The translations under genes and the position numbers were made by a program. A DNA stretch of 64,000 nucleotides from Mobula hypostoma (lineage: Eukaryota). Positions 31,950-45,749 of this stretch are shown here, one piece after another. The stretch lies in the NCBI RefSeq assembly GCF_963921235.1, contig NC_086103.1:10478001-10542000 (forward strand), read 5' to 3'. The notes under the pieces are model-generated. The model was not told where the DNA came from and searched no databases. It saw only the letters and a list, made by a program, of their open reading frames with translations. How positions within the stretch are numbered: the first letter of the stretch is position 1; each line of letters begins with the position of its first letter.

Positions 31950-34900
31950 ATTATACAGGAGGATAGGATTAGTGTTTGGCTTAATTTCTAAATAGGATAA
32001 AGGCCCATTTTGATGACATCAGAAAGCATTTAGCAAGTATGGATCGGGCTTGATGATTTTCTTGCAACAGGAATATTTGGTAAGTGGAAGGCTTTCAGAA
32101 GTGAAACATTGAAACCATAGAGTTTGTATATTCCTGTAGAACAAAAAAAGGCAGGCCTAACTGAATTAGGGAAACTTAGTTTTCGAGGGATGTTGAAGCC
32201 CTGGTTAGGAAGATGAAGGAGTTATAGGCGACAAGAAATAAAGGAGGCATTTGAGGAGTATAAGAATTACAAGAGAGCACTTAAGAGGGAAATACGGAAG
32301 TCTAAAATAACGCATCACGTTGCTCTGGCAGACAACATGAAAGAGAATCCCAAGAGTTTCATAAGACACGTTAAGAGAGCAAGAATATAGCAAGCACAAA
32401 ATTGTTACTCTAGAAGATCAGCGTGGTTCTCAGTGCATACCGCCGAAAGAGATGGGTGCGATCTTAAATGGATTTTTTTTTTTTGCATTCATCTGTTATG
32501 TACTGGGGAGTCGGACCCCCAGTCTATAGATCAAAGGCAAAACGGTAGTGAGGTCATAGACAGTCGATGTGCATGCTGCCTTGAAGCAAATTAGGATGGA
32601 TAGGTCTCCAAGGTCCGACAAATTGTCCCTTACGAATTTATGGGGGGGCAGTTAACCATCTAAAGTTACGGGAGGACTGGAGGATAGCTATTGTTCCTTT
32701 GTTGAAAACAGGCTCTAAGATTCGACCGAGTAATTATAGGCTGATCAGCCTAATGTCAGTAGGGAGTAGATTATAGTAAGGTAATTTAATGGACGGGATA
32801 TATAAGTATTTTGAGAGACAACCGAATTAGGGATAATCAACATGGCTTATAGAGATTTTTAAGGACGTCACCAGAAAAAAAATGTTAAAGTAAAGGCAGT
32901 AGATGTTGCCTACAAGGACTTTGACTAGATTTTGACAAACATACGCATTCAGCGTGAAGCAGTAAATTTGATGCAACATTTCCCTAGCGTAAGCATCAAG
33001 AATTTTTTATTACATGCTTGCCCCTGTGACTGAAGGCCTGTGATTAGTGATGCGACATAGAGATTTGGTGCTAGGCCTGTTGTTGTTAGCCATCAATATG
33101 ATTGAAATCATCCTGAGTTTTGAGCTAAAGTCGGGTGTAGCAGTATTACGGTGGAGTAAAGGGAATTACAGAGGCATGAGGGAGGAGTTGGCCAGAAATG
33201 ATTGGAAAAGTACACTTTCAGGGATGACAGCAAAGCTGCGTTCGCTGAAATTTCTGGAAGTAAATCGGAAGGCACAGAGGATATACATCCCAAAGACGAA
33301 GAAGTATTCTGCAGGAAAGATGACACAACTGCTGCTAATAAATAAAACCAGTGGCAACATAAAGCCAAAGAGAGGGCATATAATAAAGCAAGAACTATGG
33401 AGGTTAGAGTACTGTGAAGTTTTTAAATACCAATATAAGGCAAGTAAAAAGTCATAAGAAGGTAAAGATGGAATACCAAAGTAATCTAGCCTAAAATGTT
33501 AAAGAGAATCCCAAAAGTTTCTTCAGAGACATAAAGTAGAGAGTGGATATCGAACCGATGTAAAACGATGCTGGAGAGGTAGTAATGGGGGACAAGAAAA
33601 TAGCGGAAGAACTGAGTAAGTGTTTTGCGATAGTCTTCACTGTGGAAGACACTAGCACTAGAGTGCAAATTCGAAGTGTCAGGGGCCATGAAAAGTGTAA
33701 AGATACCATTACTAGGGAGAAGGTTCTTGGAAAACTGATAGCTCTGAAAGTAGATATGTCACCTGGACCAGATGGCATACACACCAGTGTTCTGAAGGAG
33801 GTGGCTGAAGAGATTGTAGAGGTATTAGTAATAAGCTTTCAAGAATCGCTAGATTCTGGAATGGTTCTGGAAGACAGGAAATTTGCAATTATCACTCAAC
33901 TCCTCAAGAAGGGAGAGAGTTAGAAGAAAGGAAATTATAGGCCAGTTAGTCCAACCTCAATGCTGGGAAGATATTGGAGTCGATTATCAAGGATGAGCTC
34001 TCAGGGGTTCTTGGAGGAACATGATAAATAAAATAGTCCTTAGACAGTATGGTTTCCTCAAGGGAAAATATTGCCTGATATATCTCTTGGACTATGACCC
34101 GCTGACTGGCAAGAGGCAAAGTGTGGGAATAATTGGCTGTCGGTGACTCGTGGTGTTCCAAAGGGGTCTGTGTTGGAACTGTTTAATTTTAAGTTATATG
34201 TTAATTATTTGGATGATGGAATTGAAGTCTTTATTGCAAAGTTTGAAGACAATACGAATATAGATGGAGGAGCCAGTAGTTTCGAGGAGGTAGACAGGCT
34301 ACAGGAGGACAGACAAACGAATTTAAAACATGGGCAAAGAAGTGGCAGATAGAATACAGTGTCGGGGAAGTGTACGGTCATGAATTTCAGTAGAAGAAAT
34401 GAAAGGGGTTAATATTTTCGAAATGAAGATACAATACAAAGTATGGTGCAAAGAGGCTTGGGAGTACTTGTGCAGGATTCGATTCCTTAAAGGTTAATTT
34501 GTAGGTTGATCTGTGGTAAGGAAGGCAAATGTAATGCTGGCATTCTTTTCAAGAGGACTGGAATATAAAAGCAAGGACGTAATGACGATACTTTATAAAG
34601 CACTGGTGACTTTTCGGTTGAAGTATTGTGAGCAGTTTTGGATCCCTTAGAAAGGATGTGCTGAAACTGGAGAGGGTTCAAAGAAGGTTCACGAAAATGA
34701 TTGCACATTTGTACGGCTTGTCATACGAAGAGCGTTTTATGGCTTTGGGCCTGTATTCACTGGAAATCAGAAGAATGAGGGGTGACCTCTGAAACCTATC
34801 GAATGGTGAATGGCCTTGATAGCGTGGATGTCAAGAGGATGTTTCCTGTTGTCGGAGTGCCGAGGACCAAGGACACAGCCTCAAAATGAGAGGTGCCGTT

Positions 34901-35850
34901 TTAGAGCGAAGATGAGGAGGAATTTCTTCAGTCAGAGAATGGTGGATCTATGGAATTCGTTGCTACAGGCAGCTTTGAAGACCAAGTCTTTATGTATATT
35001 TAAGGCAGAGATTGATAGATTTTTGATTGGTCAGGCCTTGAATGGATACGGGAAGAAGGCGGAAGATTGGGGCTGAGAAGAAAATTGAAATGGCGGAGCG
35101 GACTCGATGGGCCAGATGCCTTAATTCTGCTCCTCTGTCTTATGGTTTTATGGACATATAATGTGGTGAACTAGATTAGCAAATTTGCGGATGGCACCAA
35201 GATTGTGATTGTAGTGGAGGGCGAGGAAGGCTATCAAGGTTTGCAGTGGGATTCGGGCCATCTAGAAAAATGGGCTAAAAATGTCAAAGGGAATGTATTG
35301 CAGACATGTGTGAGGTGTTGCACTTTGGGAGACGTTGGTGTAACCGAATTTGGAGTATTGTTTGGGATTCTGGTCACCTACCTGAAGAAAATACATCAAT
35401 AAGATTAAAAGAGTACAGAGGAAATATAAAGCTGTTGATGAGATTTGAGGGCCGGAGTTACAGGCAACGATGAATAGATTAGGACTTTATCCCCTGAAGC
35501 GTAATAGTATACGGGGAGATATGGTTGAGATATACAAAACTATGAGGTGTATAGATAGAGCACAGGCAGCAGGCTTATCCCACTGAGTTTGAATGAGTCG
35601 TAGGTGAAGGGTGAAAGATGAAATATTTAAGGGGAAACTGGGAGTGAGCTTCTTCACTCAGAGGATGGTGTGAGTATGGAACGAGGTAACAGTGTAAGTG
35701 TTAATTGCGGGTTCGATTGTACCATTTAAAAGAAGTTTGGATAAGCACACAGATGGGTAGCGTATGGAGTACTACTGCGCAGGTGCGCGTAGATGGAACC
35801 AGGTAAAATAACAGTTAGGCGACGAGTCGATGCGCTGCAGGGCTTCATGA
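31950..35850 (+). mobile_element. Old CR1 ORF2 interrupted by a second CR1 (~33093-35153)
   Basis: Host breaks in the RT domain at ~33095 and resumes at ~35155 (..ISKFADGTKI); the insert has its own RT (KFEDNTNIDG) and (CTTATGGT)-like tail. Confidence 0.75.
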
Positions 35851-36029
35851 CTCTGCATCCTCGTGCAGGATTTTCAGCTGGAAGTCCACTGTCCCTTTGT
35901 ATTCATAGATGCTGCGTGACCCGCTGAGTTCTTCGAGCAAGTTATGTTATTTTGGTGCAAGGGCAGGCAAGGGCGTGGCATTTTAAGAAACGTTTCCATT
36001 GATGTGTGACACCTTAGGTCCAGGAAAAT

Positions 36030-36548
36030 ATAACTGGAGATTTGAAAAGACCAAGCTAAAGAAGGAGAGCCAACACGAATTTGTTAAATACGTTGGTCAT
36101 ACCGCAGTTGGAGTATCGACGATAGAATGTTCTTTCATTGGAGAGGGTCTGAAGGAGGTGCACGACTATGATCCGGATATGAAAGTGTTAGCGTATGAAG
36201 GGAGCTTAATGGGTCTGGGGTTGTACTCGCTGAGGTTTAGATATGAAGATAGATCTCATTGAAACCTATCGAATATTGAAAGGCTTGGGTAGACTGGGCG
36301 TGAAGACGATTTTTCTTATATTAGTGGAGTTTCGGACCAAACGACACTGCCTTAGAAGACAAGGACCCTTTACAATGGATTCAAAGTCAGTGGCTATATT
36401 TAAATGTTATTGATTAGTTAGGGTGCTAAAAGTTACGGGGTGAAACGGGAAAATGAGGTTTAGTGAGATAACAAATCAGACATGAGGAAATGGTGGAGAA
36501 GTCTGGATGAATGGCCCGATGGCCTAATTCTGCTCCTGTGTCTTATAG
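36030..36548 (+). mobile_element. CR1 3' fragment
   Basis: Ends GGCCTAATTCTGCTCCTGTGTCTTAT, like the tail at 35120-35150. Confidence 0.7.
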
Positions 36549-37554
36549 TCAAAATCGTGCGTAAATCCGCGAAACGTAATGGAATGAATGAAAGGAAGAA
36601 ACACAATGAAAGATCGCACCCACCAGGATAGACAAACAGCCAATGTGCAAAAGTCAACAAGCTGTGAAAATACAAAATTTAAAAAATGAAATAATAATTT
36701 AAGAAGAAGCAATAAATATCGAGAATATGGGATGAAAAATCCTGGGTAGAGCGTCCATGAGTTGTGGGCTGTGATGCAATCAGTTAATATACTCCCACCA
36801 CGTGCCCACAGAAGTTTGTTTAAGTTTTAGACGTCATGCCGAATGGCAAGCTTCTAAGAAAGTAGGGTTATTATCGTGCCTTATTTGTAATTATATTTAT
36901 GAGCTGGTCCCCGGACAGATTGTCTGAAATTATAACACCGAGAAATTTAAAGCTGCTTTAGAGATCCAGGCTATCTTAGAAGTAAGTTGGTAAATCGGTT
37001 TATTGGTGTCACAAAAACCGCGGTATAATGAAAAAGGTGCCTTGCGTACCCTTCATATAGATCTATTTATTCCAATCGTGCATCGAAGTAGTCCAAGATA
37101 AAACAATAAGAGTGCAGAATAAAATGTTACCGTTACAGAGAGAGTGCAGTGCAGACAGGTGATAAGGTGCAAGGTCATAACAAGGCATAATTCATAATGA
37201 GGGCGTACTGAGGGACTACCTGAGGACAACATTTCGGGTAGATAGGACAAATAAACGGAAGACAAGTTTTAACATCGAAAACAGCAGCAATTGCAAAGGA
37301 AGGGAATATCATTATACTGTCATAACTCTAGGCAGAAAGAAATTCAATGTCCAATCCTTTAAAATTTGTAGCAGGTGTTGAAGAGGAATGTCGAATCCAC
37401 ATAATTCCTAGAAGAGCGCAGTGGCTAAAACGGGGAAGTAATGCTGAGCGCTTACAACATGGTGTTAAGACCACACGTGAAGTGCAACATCAATTGGTAT
37501 CACAGCATTTTCGAAAGGAAGGCACTGACTTTCCGAAGAGAAAGTCCAACCAAG

Positions 37555-38200
37555 CAAAGTTCACTGCCAAGAAGGCCCACCAGCACCTTTACTTCCTGAG
37601 AAAACTGAAGAAATTTGGCCAGTCCCCTAAAATCCTCACTAATTTTTATAGATGCACCGTAGAAAGCATTTTTCTAGGGTGCATCACAACCTGGTATGGA
37701 AGTTGTTCTGTCCAAGACCGAAAGAATTTGCAGAAGATCGTGAACACGGCGCGGCACATCACACAAACCAATTTTCTCTCCTTGGACTCACTTTACACCG
37801 CACGTTGTCGAAGCAGTGCTGCCAGGATAATCAAGTACACGACCCACCCATCCAACACACTTTTTGTCCATCTTCCCTCCAGGAGAAGGCTCAGGAGCTT
37901 GAAGACTCGTACGGCCAGATTTGGGAACAGCTTCTTTCCAACAGTCTTAAGAGTGCTAAACGGATCCTGACCCGGATCTGGGCCGTACCCTCCAAATATC
38001 CCGACCTGCCTCTCGGTTTTTTTTTGTACTACCTTACTTTCCATTTTTCTATTTTCTATTTATGATTTATAATTTAAATTTTCAGTATTTACTATCGATT
38101 TGTAATCCAGGGAGCGGGAAGCGCAGAATCAAATATCGCTGTGATGATTGTACGTTCTAGTATCAATTGTTTGGCGACAATAAAGTATAAAGTATAGTAA
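37555..38200 (+). mobile_element. Rex1/Babar LINE 3' end
   Basis: KKAHQHLYFLRKLKKF..TNFYRCTVESIFLGCITTWYG..SFFP; AATAAA plus (AGTATAA)n tail; same 3' UTR inverted at 63.7-63.9 kb. Confidence 0.85.
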
Positions 38201-38425
38201 AGTAAATAATTCCCTGGACGGAGTTCAGAGACTGTGATTTCTGCTATTCCTTTATCTTTTCTTTAAATGGATTTCATCGCTTTGATCAAATAGAAATATG
38301 TTTTCTGGGCTCGTAATTTATATAGATAGAGTAAGAAGAAACTAAGTGTTCTGTAACGCAAAGTCATATTAAAATTAATAATTCGTGCAATCTGGATGGG
38401 TAAAGGATTTCTCAAAGATGTACAG

Positions 38426-38585
38426 TACACTCAGTGGCCAGTTTCTTAGGCACACGAGTACACCTACTTGTTAATGCAAATATCTTATCAGCCAATCTTA
38501 TGGCAGCAACTCAATGCATGCACATATGGTCAAGAGGTTCAGCTGATGTTTAGATCAATCATCAGAATCAGGAAAAAATTTGATT
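38426..38585 (+). mobile_element. Tc1/mariner left-end fragment
   Basis: TA-CACTCAGTGGCCAGTTTCTTAGGCACAC resembles fish Tc1 TIRs; no partner TIR or transposase seen. Confidence 0.55.
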
Positions 38586-39096
38586 CAAAGAATCAAAGTA
38601 CTTTTATTATCAAAGTATGTGTGAAAAATAGAAGTCTGAAATCCGTCCTCCCACAGGCAGCCACGAAAACAAGAAACATCATTGGTCTAGTTCAAGAAAA
38701 CATCAAACACCCAACACGCGAAAAAAAGAACAAATTGCACAAACAGGAAAAAGCAAGTAAACAACACATAGTTCAACGCCGCGCCTCTATCTTATTGTAG
38801 GCGGGAAAGCCATTCTTCACTGAAGCGCCCTAGTCCGCATCAATCTCCCCAATCAAACCCTTCACAAACAGCAAAAGAGAAGAGCAAAACGCAATCTAGA
38901 AACACATACAACATGAAACTCAAAGTCCCCCAAAACGAGTCCACGGCCTCGCCGATCAATCCTTGCAATGTGGATCCCAAGGATTCTGCACTTCTTACCG
39001 ACAGCAGATAGCGAGAGGGAGAAGAACACGGGCAAACGTAGGAAGACGGCGCTATTCTCTACTCTCGTCCTAGTCGACTTCAAACTTGCTGTTTGC

Positions 39097-39272
39097 CTCA
39101 ATTGAAGAGAAGCAATAGCGTTGATCATGGGCTTGCGCCCTCGACGCCTGAATTGGAGTGAAGCAGTGGAGTTAATCATGGGCTTGAGCTCTCGACGTTT
39201 CAATCAGAGAGAAGCAATTGATTCGATTATGGGCTCGCACCCTCGACGCCTCATTCGGAGAGAATCAATGGC
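39097..39272. repeat. 51-bp minisatellite, ~3.4 diverged copies
   Basis: ATGGGCT recurs at 39127, 39178 and 39229. Confidence 0.88.
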
Positions 39273-39659
39273 TCCTTATCAAGGTTTCCAAGCCACATAC
39301 TCCGCTCCAAACCTCAACGACCTCCCTCGGAGACAACATAAATGGCGGTATAAGATAAAAGAAACATTTAAAAAAATCACGATGCACATTTGCGAGATAC
39401 AGATACAACCGGCAAACTGACTATTGTGTCCAGTTCTGTTCGCAAAATCTTTCCGCGGAATCGAACTGATTTATCACCATTACTCAACAGATAGGGCACT
39501 TTGGTTTCTAGCATAATGACAAAGCTACAGTTGCTCCGGTTGGTAGAGGAGTGGCCTAGAGAAGACTTGTTAAGGATGCTTAAATTACGAAATACAGAGA
39601 TAGTGTTCATAGATACTGTATAAACTGACAGAGTGGTCACAACTATAAGATACAAAATG

Positions 39660-41030
39660 TTTGTCAAAGACTGTAAGTACCTAAGATCAGAATTAGGGCA
39701 TTTGCCCCATCGAGTCTGCTTCGCCATTTCATTACGGCTGATCCAAATTTCCTCTCAGCCCCAATCTCAAGCTTTCTCCCAATATCTCCCAGAGCCATCA
39801 AACGCTCTTCACATAACAAGCCTTTCAAACCTGGAATCACTTTCGTGAATCTCCTTTGAATCTTCTCCAGTTTCAGCACATCCTTTCTAAGATAAGGGGC
39901 CCAAACCTGCTCACAATACTCCAGGTGAGTTCTCACCTGTGCTTTAGAAATTTCAACTTTGCATCCTTGCTTTTATATTACAACATTGCATCCTCTTGAA
40001 TTAAATGCTAACGTCGCATTTGCCTTCCTCACCACAGACTCGACCTGCAAATTAACCTTTAAGGAATCCTGCTCATATGGGCAGTAAAGCTCCGGCAACA
40101 GGGCTGCTACGTATGTTTGTGTGAGAGTTTAGATGAACGAGAGCGAAAACCATAAACCCGAGAGGAGATCAAGGTTTTTATTGGCAGTTATTTTATTTAT
40201 TTTAATCAATGAACAGCAAACTGGACTTGGTAGTTTATCATCCTTAGAATAACTTCAGGAATACTTCCACTTAAAAATTCAGTGCGCACACAAGATTTTT
40301 ACGCACACTGGTCATTACAGTTTAGTGGAAACATTGACCTCCACTCACAACCCCAACCCCCACCATCGGAACCCCTGTCACGTTTCTCTGCTTTTCACAT
40401 TGCAGCTTATTCTGTGTACATCATTTCCTCATTAACATGTCAGAGGCCCATACCTCACTGCATATAAAACATAGAGCATTAAGCACAGCACATGCCCTGC
40501 GGCCCACAATTTTGTGCCGACCTTTTAACATGCTCTAAGATCAATCTAAACCCTTCCCTCATACACAGTCCTCTATTTTTCTATCATCCATGTGCCTACC
40601 TAAGAGTTGTTTAAATACCCCTAATGTATCTGCCTCTAACACCATGCGATCCACGCATTCATCACTCTCTGCGTAAATAACTTACTCCGAATTTCCTTCA
40701 TTCTAAATAGTCTGAACTTTCTTGCAATCACTTTAAAGTTATGTCATCTAGTATCAGTCAGTTCCGCACTGGGATAAAGAATCTGGCTATCCATTCGATC
40801 GAAGCACCTTATCATCTCGTACACCTCGATCAAGTCAACTTTCATCCTCTTATGCTCCAAAGAGAAGGTCCCTAATACGCCCAATCTTTCTTCATAAGAC
40901 ATGCTTTCTAATCCTGGCAGCATCCTCGTAAATATTATCTGCTCCGTCTTTTAAGCTCCCGCATTCTCCCCGTAATGAGCTGACCAGAACTGAACACAAT
41001 ATTCCAAGGTGGTCTAACCAAGGCTTTATT
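39660..41030 (-). mobile_element. Two CR1 3' fragments (~39660-40075 and ~40465-41030)
   Basis: RTHLEYCEQVWAPYLRKDVLKLEKIQRRFTK on the minus strand; second fragment aligns with 1420-1805. Confidence 0.78.
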
Positions 41031-42529
41031 GTTCTTCTCCACTCCCTACTTCTTACTAGGTACGGTCTGTCCTAACTTTAGTTCATATTGGCTATGCCTT
41101 CACTTCCCACATGGCCTCCAAGAGCCTTTCCCTGATCATTCTCACTTTCTTCGCCTGTACATCCAATCTTTGACCTTGATCAAGCTACGACATCATTTTT
41201 CACAACGTTCTGAAATATACCCTTGGCTGTGAACTCCGATGTTCCAATCAAACACGAAATTCCAAACCAGACATTACAGAAGATTTTTTCCGTCTAAAGA
41301 GCCACATTTGGAAAGTTCAAGAATTAGAAGTACTGTTAGTGTGGTAAGGAAATGAATTAAAGGTTGTACATCAGATTTTCTCTTTGAATGCGGAACGTGG
41401 TCATACTTATGTCACGGAATCACACAGCGCAGAAACAACCCACTGTGCCCATGCTGACCGTCTTACCAATTTATACCAACTCCACTTACCAACTCTCAAC
41501 CATTAGCCTTGGTGCTTGTCCAGATATAATCACCAGGTTCGTTTTCAGGTGCCTGCCCTGTGCTTCTTTACAGTTTAAAACACGTCCGTCTTGACAACCC
41601 TATCAAGCTGAGTTTTAGATTCCAATCACTCGCTGGATAAAGCTCGTTCAAGGACCTTGCACTCAACGTCAGTAAGATCAAGGAATTGATCGTGGGCTTC
41701 AGGAAGGGGAAGTCGAGGCAACACAGAGCATTCCTCATCGAAGGATCAACATTGGACAGGGTGAGCAGTTTCAGATCGGGGGTGCCAACATCTCTGAATG
41801 TCATTCATGGATTGTTCCTCCCAAAGTACAACACCTCACGCTTGTCTATATTAAATTCTATCGACCATTTTTCTTGATCAATCACCCCTGCAGGACCGTG
41901 TCCAATGCCATGCTAAAGTCCATGTAAACATCATCCACTCTCTTGCCTCCATCAACTTTCCAGGTAACTTCCTGGTAAAGTTCTATAAGATTGGTTAGAC
42001 ACGAGCCATACTAATTATCCTTAATCAGCCTTGTCTATATAAATACTCATATATCGGGTCTCTTAGTATATCTTTCAACAATTTTCTCACTACAAATGTA
42101 GGTTCACTGTCCTATAATTCTCTGGTTTAATTTTAGAACTTTCCATGAACTATGCAACAACATTAGCTAACGCTCCAATCCAGCAGTACCTCATCTGTTG
42201 CTAAGGATTATTTAAATATCTCTGCCAGGGCCCCTGCAATTTCTGCACATTCATCGTACAGGGCCCGAAGTAACACCTTATTCAGAGTGTGGACCAGAAC
42301 TGCCAGACAGAGGAGAGTAGTGGCGGGGGGGGGGGGAGTTTGGGTCTTTTATCCAGAAAAAAAGCGGAAAGCTTTAAGGCCCTCCTCATGGGGGCAGTAG
42401 GTGTATAGGGACTGGGAAGACACTGAGAGACTATTACAGCAAACCGCCCATCCCCCATCCCTTACCTGCGTGTTTGATAGTGAGGTGATGATTAGTGTGG
42501 AGAGCAAAGAGATAGGGTTCTTCTTGTCC

Positions 42530-43540
42530 TCAGCTACTACCCCTGTAGCCTTGCATTCCAGCACATGATTCTCCGTAAATTTCGCATCTCCAACTGGATC
42601 CTACCACCAAGAACATCTCTCCCCCTCCGCCCCCACCACCACCCACCACTTTCCGTTTTCCACAGGGATTGCTCCCTATGCGACTCCCTTGTCCTTTCAT
42701 CCTTTCCCACTGATCTCCCTCCTGGTATTTAGCCTTGCAAGCGGAACAAGTGCCATACCTGCCTCTCAGCATCTTTCATCACTACAATTCCGGGTGCTAA
42801 ATAGCTAAATAGTCCTTCCAGGTGAGGCAACACTCAACCTGTGAGTCCATTACAGTCTTCTACTGTATTTGGTGCTCCCGGTGTGACCTCCTGTATATCA
42901 GTAAGACCCGGTAACGATTGGGAGACCCCTTCGCTGAATACCTACGCTCTGTCCGCCAGAAAAAAAAAGGGATCTCCCAGCGGCCATCGATTTTAATTCT
43001 ACTTCCCATTTCCATTCTGACACGTCAGTCCATGGCCTCCTCTACTGACGCGAGGAGGTCACACTCGGGTTAAAGGAGCAACGCGTTATATTCCATCTGG
43101 GTAGTCTCCAACCTGATGTCATGAACGTCGATTTCTCGAAATTGCGGTAATTGCCTCTCCTCCTTCACAATCCCGTTCCTGTTTCCCTCTCTCACCTCAT
43201 CTCCTTGCATGCCTATCACCTCCGTCTGGTGCTCCTCCCACTTCCCTTTCTTCCATAGTCTTCTACCCTCACCTATCAAATTGCCCCATCTCCAGCACTT
43301 TATACTTCGTTCACCTATCAGCTTCCCAGATCTTTACTTCACCCCTCCCACTTCCGATTTCACCTATCAGCTGCCGCCTTGTACTTATTCTTTCCCGCCC
43401 CACATTCTAGCCCTAACCTCATCTTTTTGTCCCAGTACTGATGAAGGGTCTGGACCCGAAACGTAGACCGGTTACACTTTTCTACTTTGCCTGGCCCGCT
43501 GAGTTCCTTCAGTACTTTGGTCTGGTGCTTGGATTTCCAG
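42530..43540 (+). mobile_element. Penelope-like element 3' part: decayed GIY-YIG endonuclease plus terminal hammerhead motif
   Basis: ~42858-42955 translates FYCIWCSRCDLLYISKTR*RLGDPFAEYLRSV; CTGATGA-A-GGGTC-TG-GACCC-GAAA-CGTA at 43438-43465. Confidence 0.82.
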
Positions 43541-44109
43541 TATCTGCAGATTTTCTCGTCCAATCCATACATGCCATCTTCTTTCTGATACCAACAAAAT
43601 TGGTCTTTCTTCAATTTGAAATCTCTACCCGAGGGCCAGCGTTATTCTTTAATCATAATTACATTATGATCACTAGATACAATGTGTTCCTCGACACAGA
43701 CTTCTGTTGCCTATCCTGACTCACACCCGAATAGTAGATCAAGTATTGCACACTCGCTCGTTAGGGCTTCTAAGTACAGATTAAGGTAACCTTCCTGAAC
43801 ACACTCGACAAACTCTATCCCATCTAGTCCTTTTGAAGTATGGGAGACACAGTCAATATGTGGAAAGTTAAAAACACCTACTGTCTTGTTTCTGAGTTCC
43901 TCTACAAATTTGTTCCTCTAAATCCCGCGGACTGTTGGGTGGTCTAAAATATAGCCCGACTAACGTGGTCACATCCACCGTGTTCCTCATTTCCACCCAT
44001 AAATCCTCACTGGAGGAGTTGTCCAGTCTGTCCTGTCTGAGCACTGCCGTGACATTTTCCTGACGAGTAGCGCCATTCAACCCCCGCCCCCCCCCACCCT
44101 TTTTATCCA

Positions 44110-44700
44110 AAACATTGATGCAGTTACAAAGAAGACATGACAGCGGCTATATTTCATTAGGAGCTTGAAGTGACTTAGTATGTGATCAAAGATGCCCCAA
44201 AACTTCTACAGACGTAGCGGGGAGAGAATTCTAACTGGTTGCACCACCGTCTGGCGTGGAATGACCACTGTACAGGATCGGAAATAGCTGCAGAAAGTTG
44301 CCAACTCAGCCAGCTCTATCCTGGGCAGAAGACTCCATAGCATGAGGAGTCGAAAGGAGATGGCCCAGAGAGGTGGCATTCAACATTAAAGACCTCCATC
44401 ACACAGGACATTCGTCTTCTCATTGGCAGCATCGGGGGTGGGGTGGGGGAACGTGCAAGAGCCTAATGAGCCACGCTGAATGTTTTGAGAAATAGCTTCT
44501 TCGGCACCGCCATCAGATTTCTGAACAGGCGACGAATCCGTGAAGTGCTTTTACACTTTTGGTTCTTTCTTTACACTAATAATTTAACTTATTTTTAATA
44601 TATACATATTATTGTAATTTAGTTTTTTGTTATGTATTGCTGTCGCAAACCAATAAATTTCACGACATATGCAGGTGATATTAAACCTGTTTCTGATTCT
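44110..44700 (+). mobile_element. Rex1/Babar 3' fragment (decayed)
   Basis: Degenerate NFYR..ERILTGCTTVW segment; ends with TTCTGATTCTGA tail. Confidence 0.65.
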
Positions 44701-45749
44701 GACTCTGCGATCAATTCGAAACCTTTTTCCTGATGACAGAAGAATCATAATGTTCATCTTTTTTTTCTGAAATGCTTTCAACCTGGACGTTATATTTTGG
44801 ATTTTTTCACTATTATTTTCTTCTTGGATATGTCATTATTCACTGCAGAAATGTCTGGAGTAAAATTTCAAACGATGATAAGAATCATTTGTATTTCACA
44901 GTATATTGAGTGTTAATGGAATGAAACTTTGCTTTGAAACTTTCATTACAACAATCAGAAGATCTATATAAGAAAACCTGTTCAATTCATTCATATCTAG
45001 CGACCTGGTGGCAAACATTGGTTCGTTGCAGTAGTAAAGATTCATGTGGCTGTTTCCAAATATTCCCCATAAATATTCAGCTATTTCACTCTAAATTGCC
45101 AACATCGTTCCTGATTTCTGATGTTTTCACCAACTTTTACCAGCGACTACCGACAGGAACTACAGAAGCCTGAAGTCCCACACTACTAAATTTAAGAACC
45201 GCTACTTCCCTTTAATTATTTGGTTCGTGAACTGTCTAGGTACACTTCTTTGCACTAAATTAGACTTCATTTTTTTTAATATTTTGATTGCGTTCTCTCA
45301 TTTAAAAGTTGTGCATAGCATATGTATAATATTTGTTTATTTTTGTAAACGCTACTTACATGATGCTACGTGTCTAATGCTGCTGCAGATTTTTCCTTAC
45401 ACTTAAGAATATGATGATGAAGTCGACTTTGACTTTGGATGACTTGGACTTTGTTGCTAACATGAAAACTCACTGATGCTAGGCCAAGTCGACATAATGC
45501 ACAGTAAATAAAGAAAGGTGTGCTCAGGAGAGTGTAACAAGTTCACGCCAAGACTGCTCATATATAGAAACATGGAAACATAGAAATCCTGCAGCACAAT
45601 ACAGGCCCTTTGGTCCACAATGCAGTGCCGAACACGCGCTTACTTTAGAAATTACCTAAGATTGCCCATAGCCCTCTTTTTTTTTTACTATATAGAGTGC
45701 ATCACTTGAAATGCATGAATTGATGAGCTGAAAGTTTCAGTCATTTAAT

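Noticed and set aside
37347-37970. 207-aa ORF as a host gene
   Set aside because: The C-terminal two-thirds is Rex1 sequence; the N-terminus is read-in from flanking DNA.
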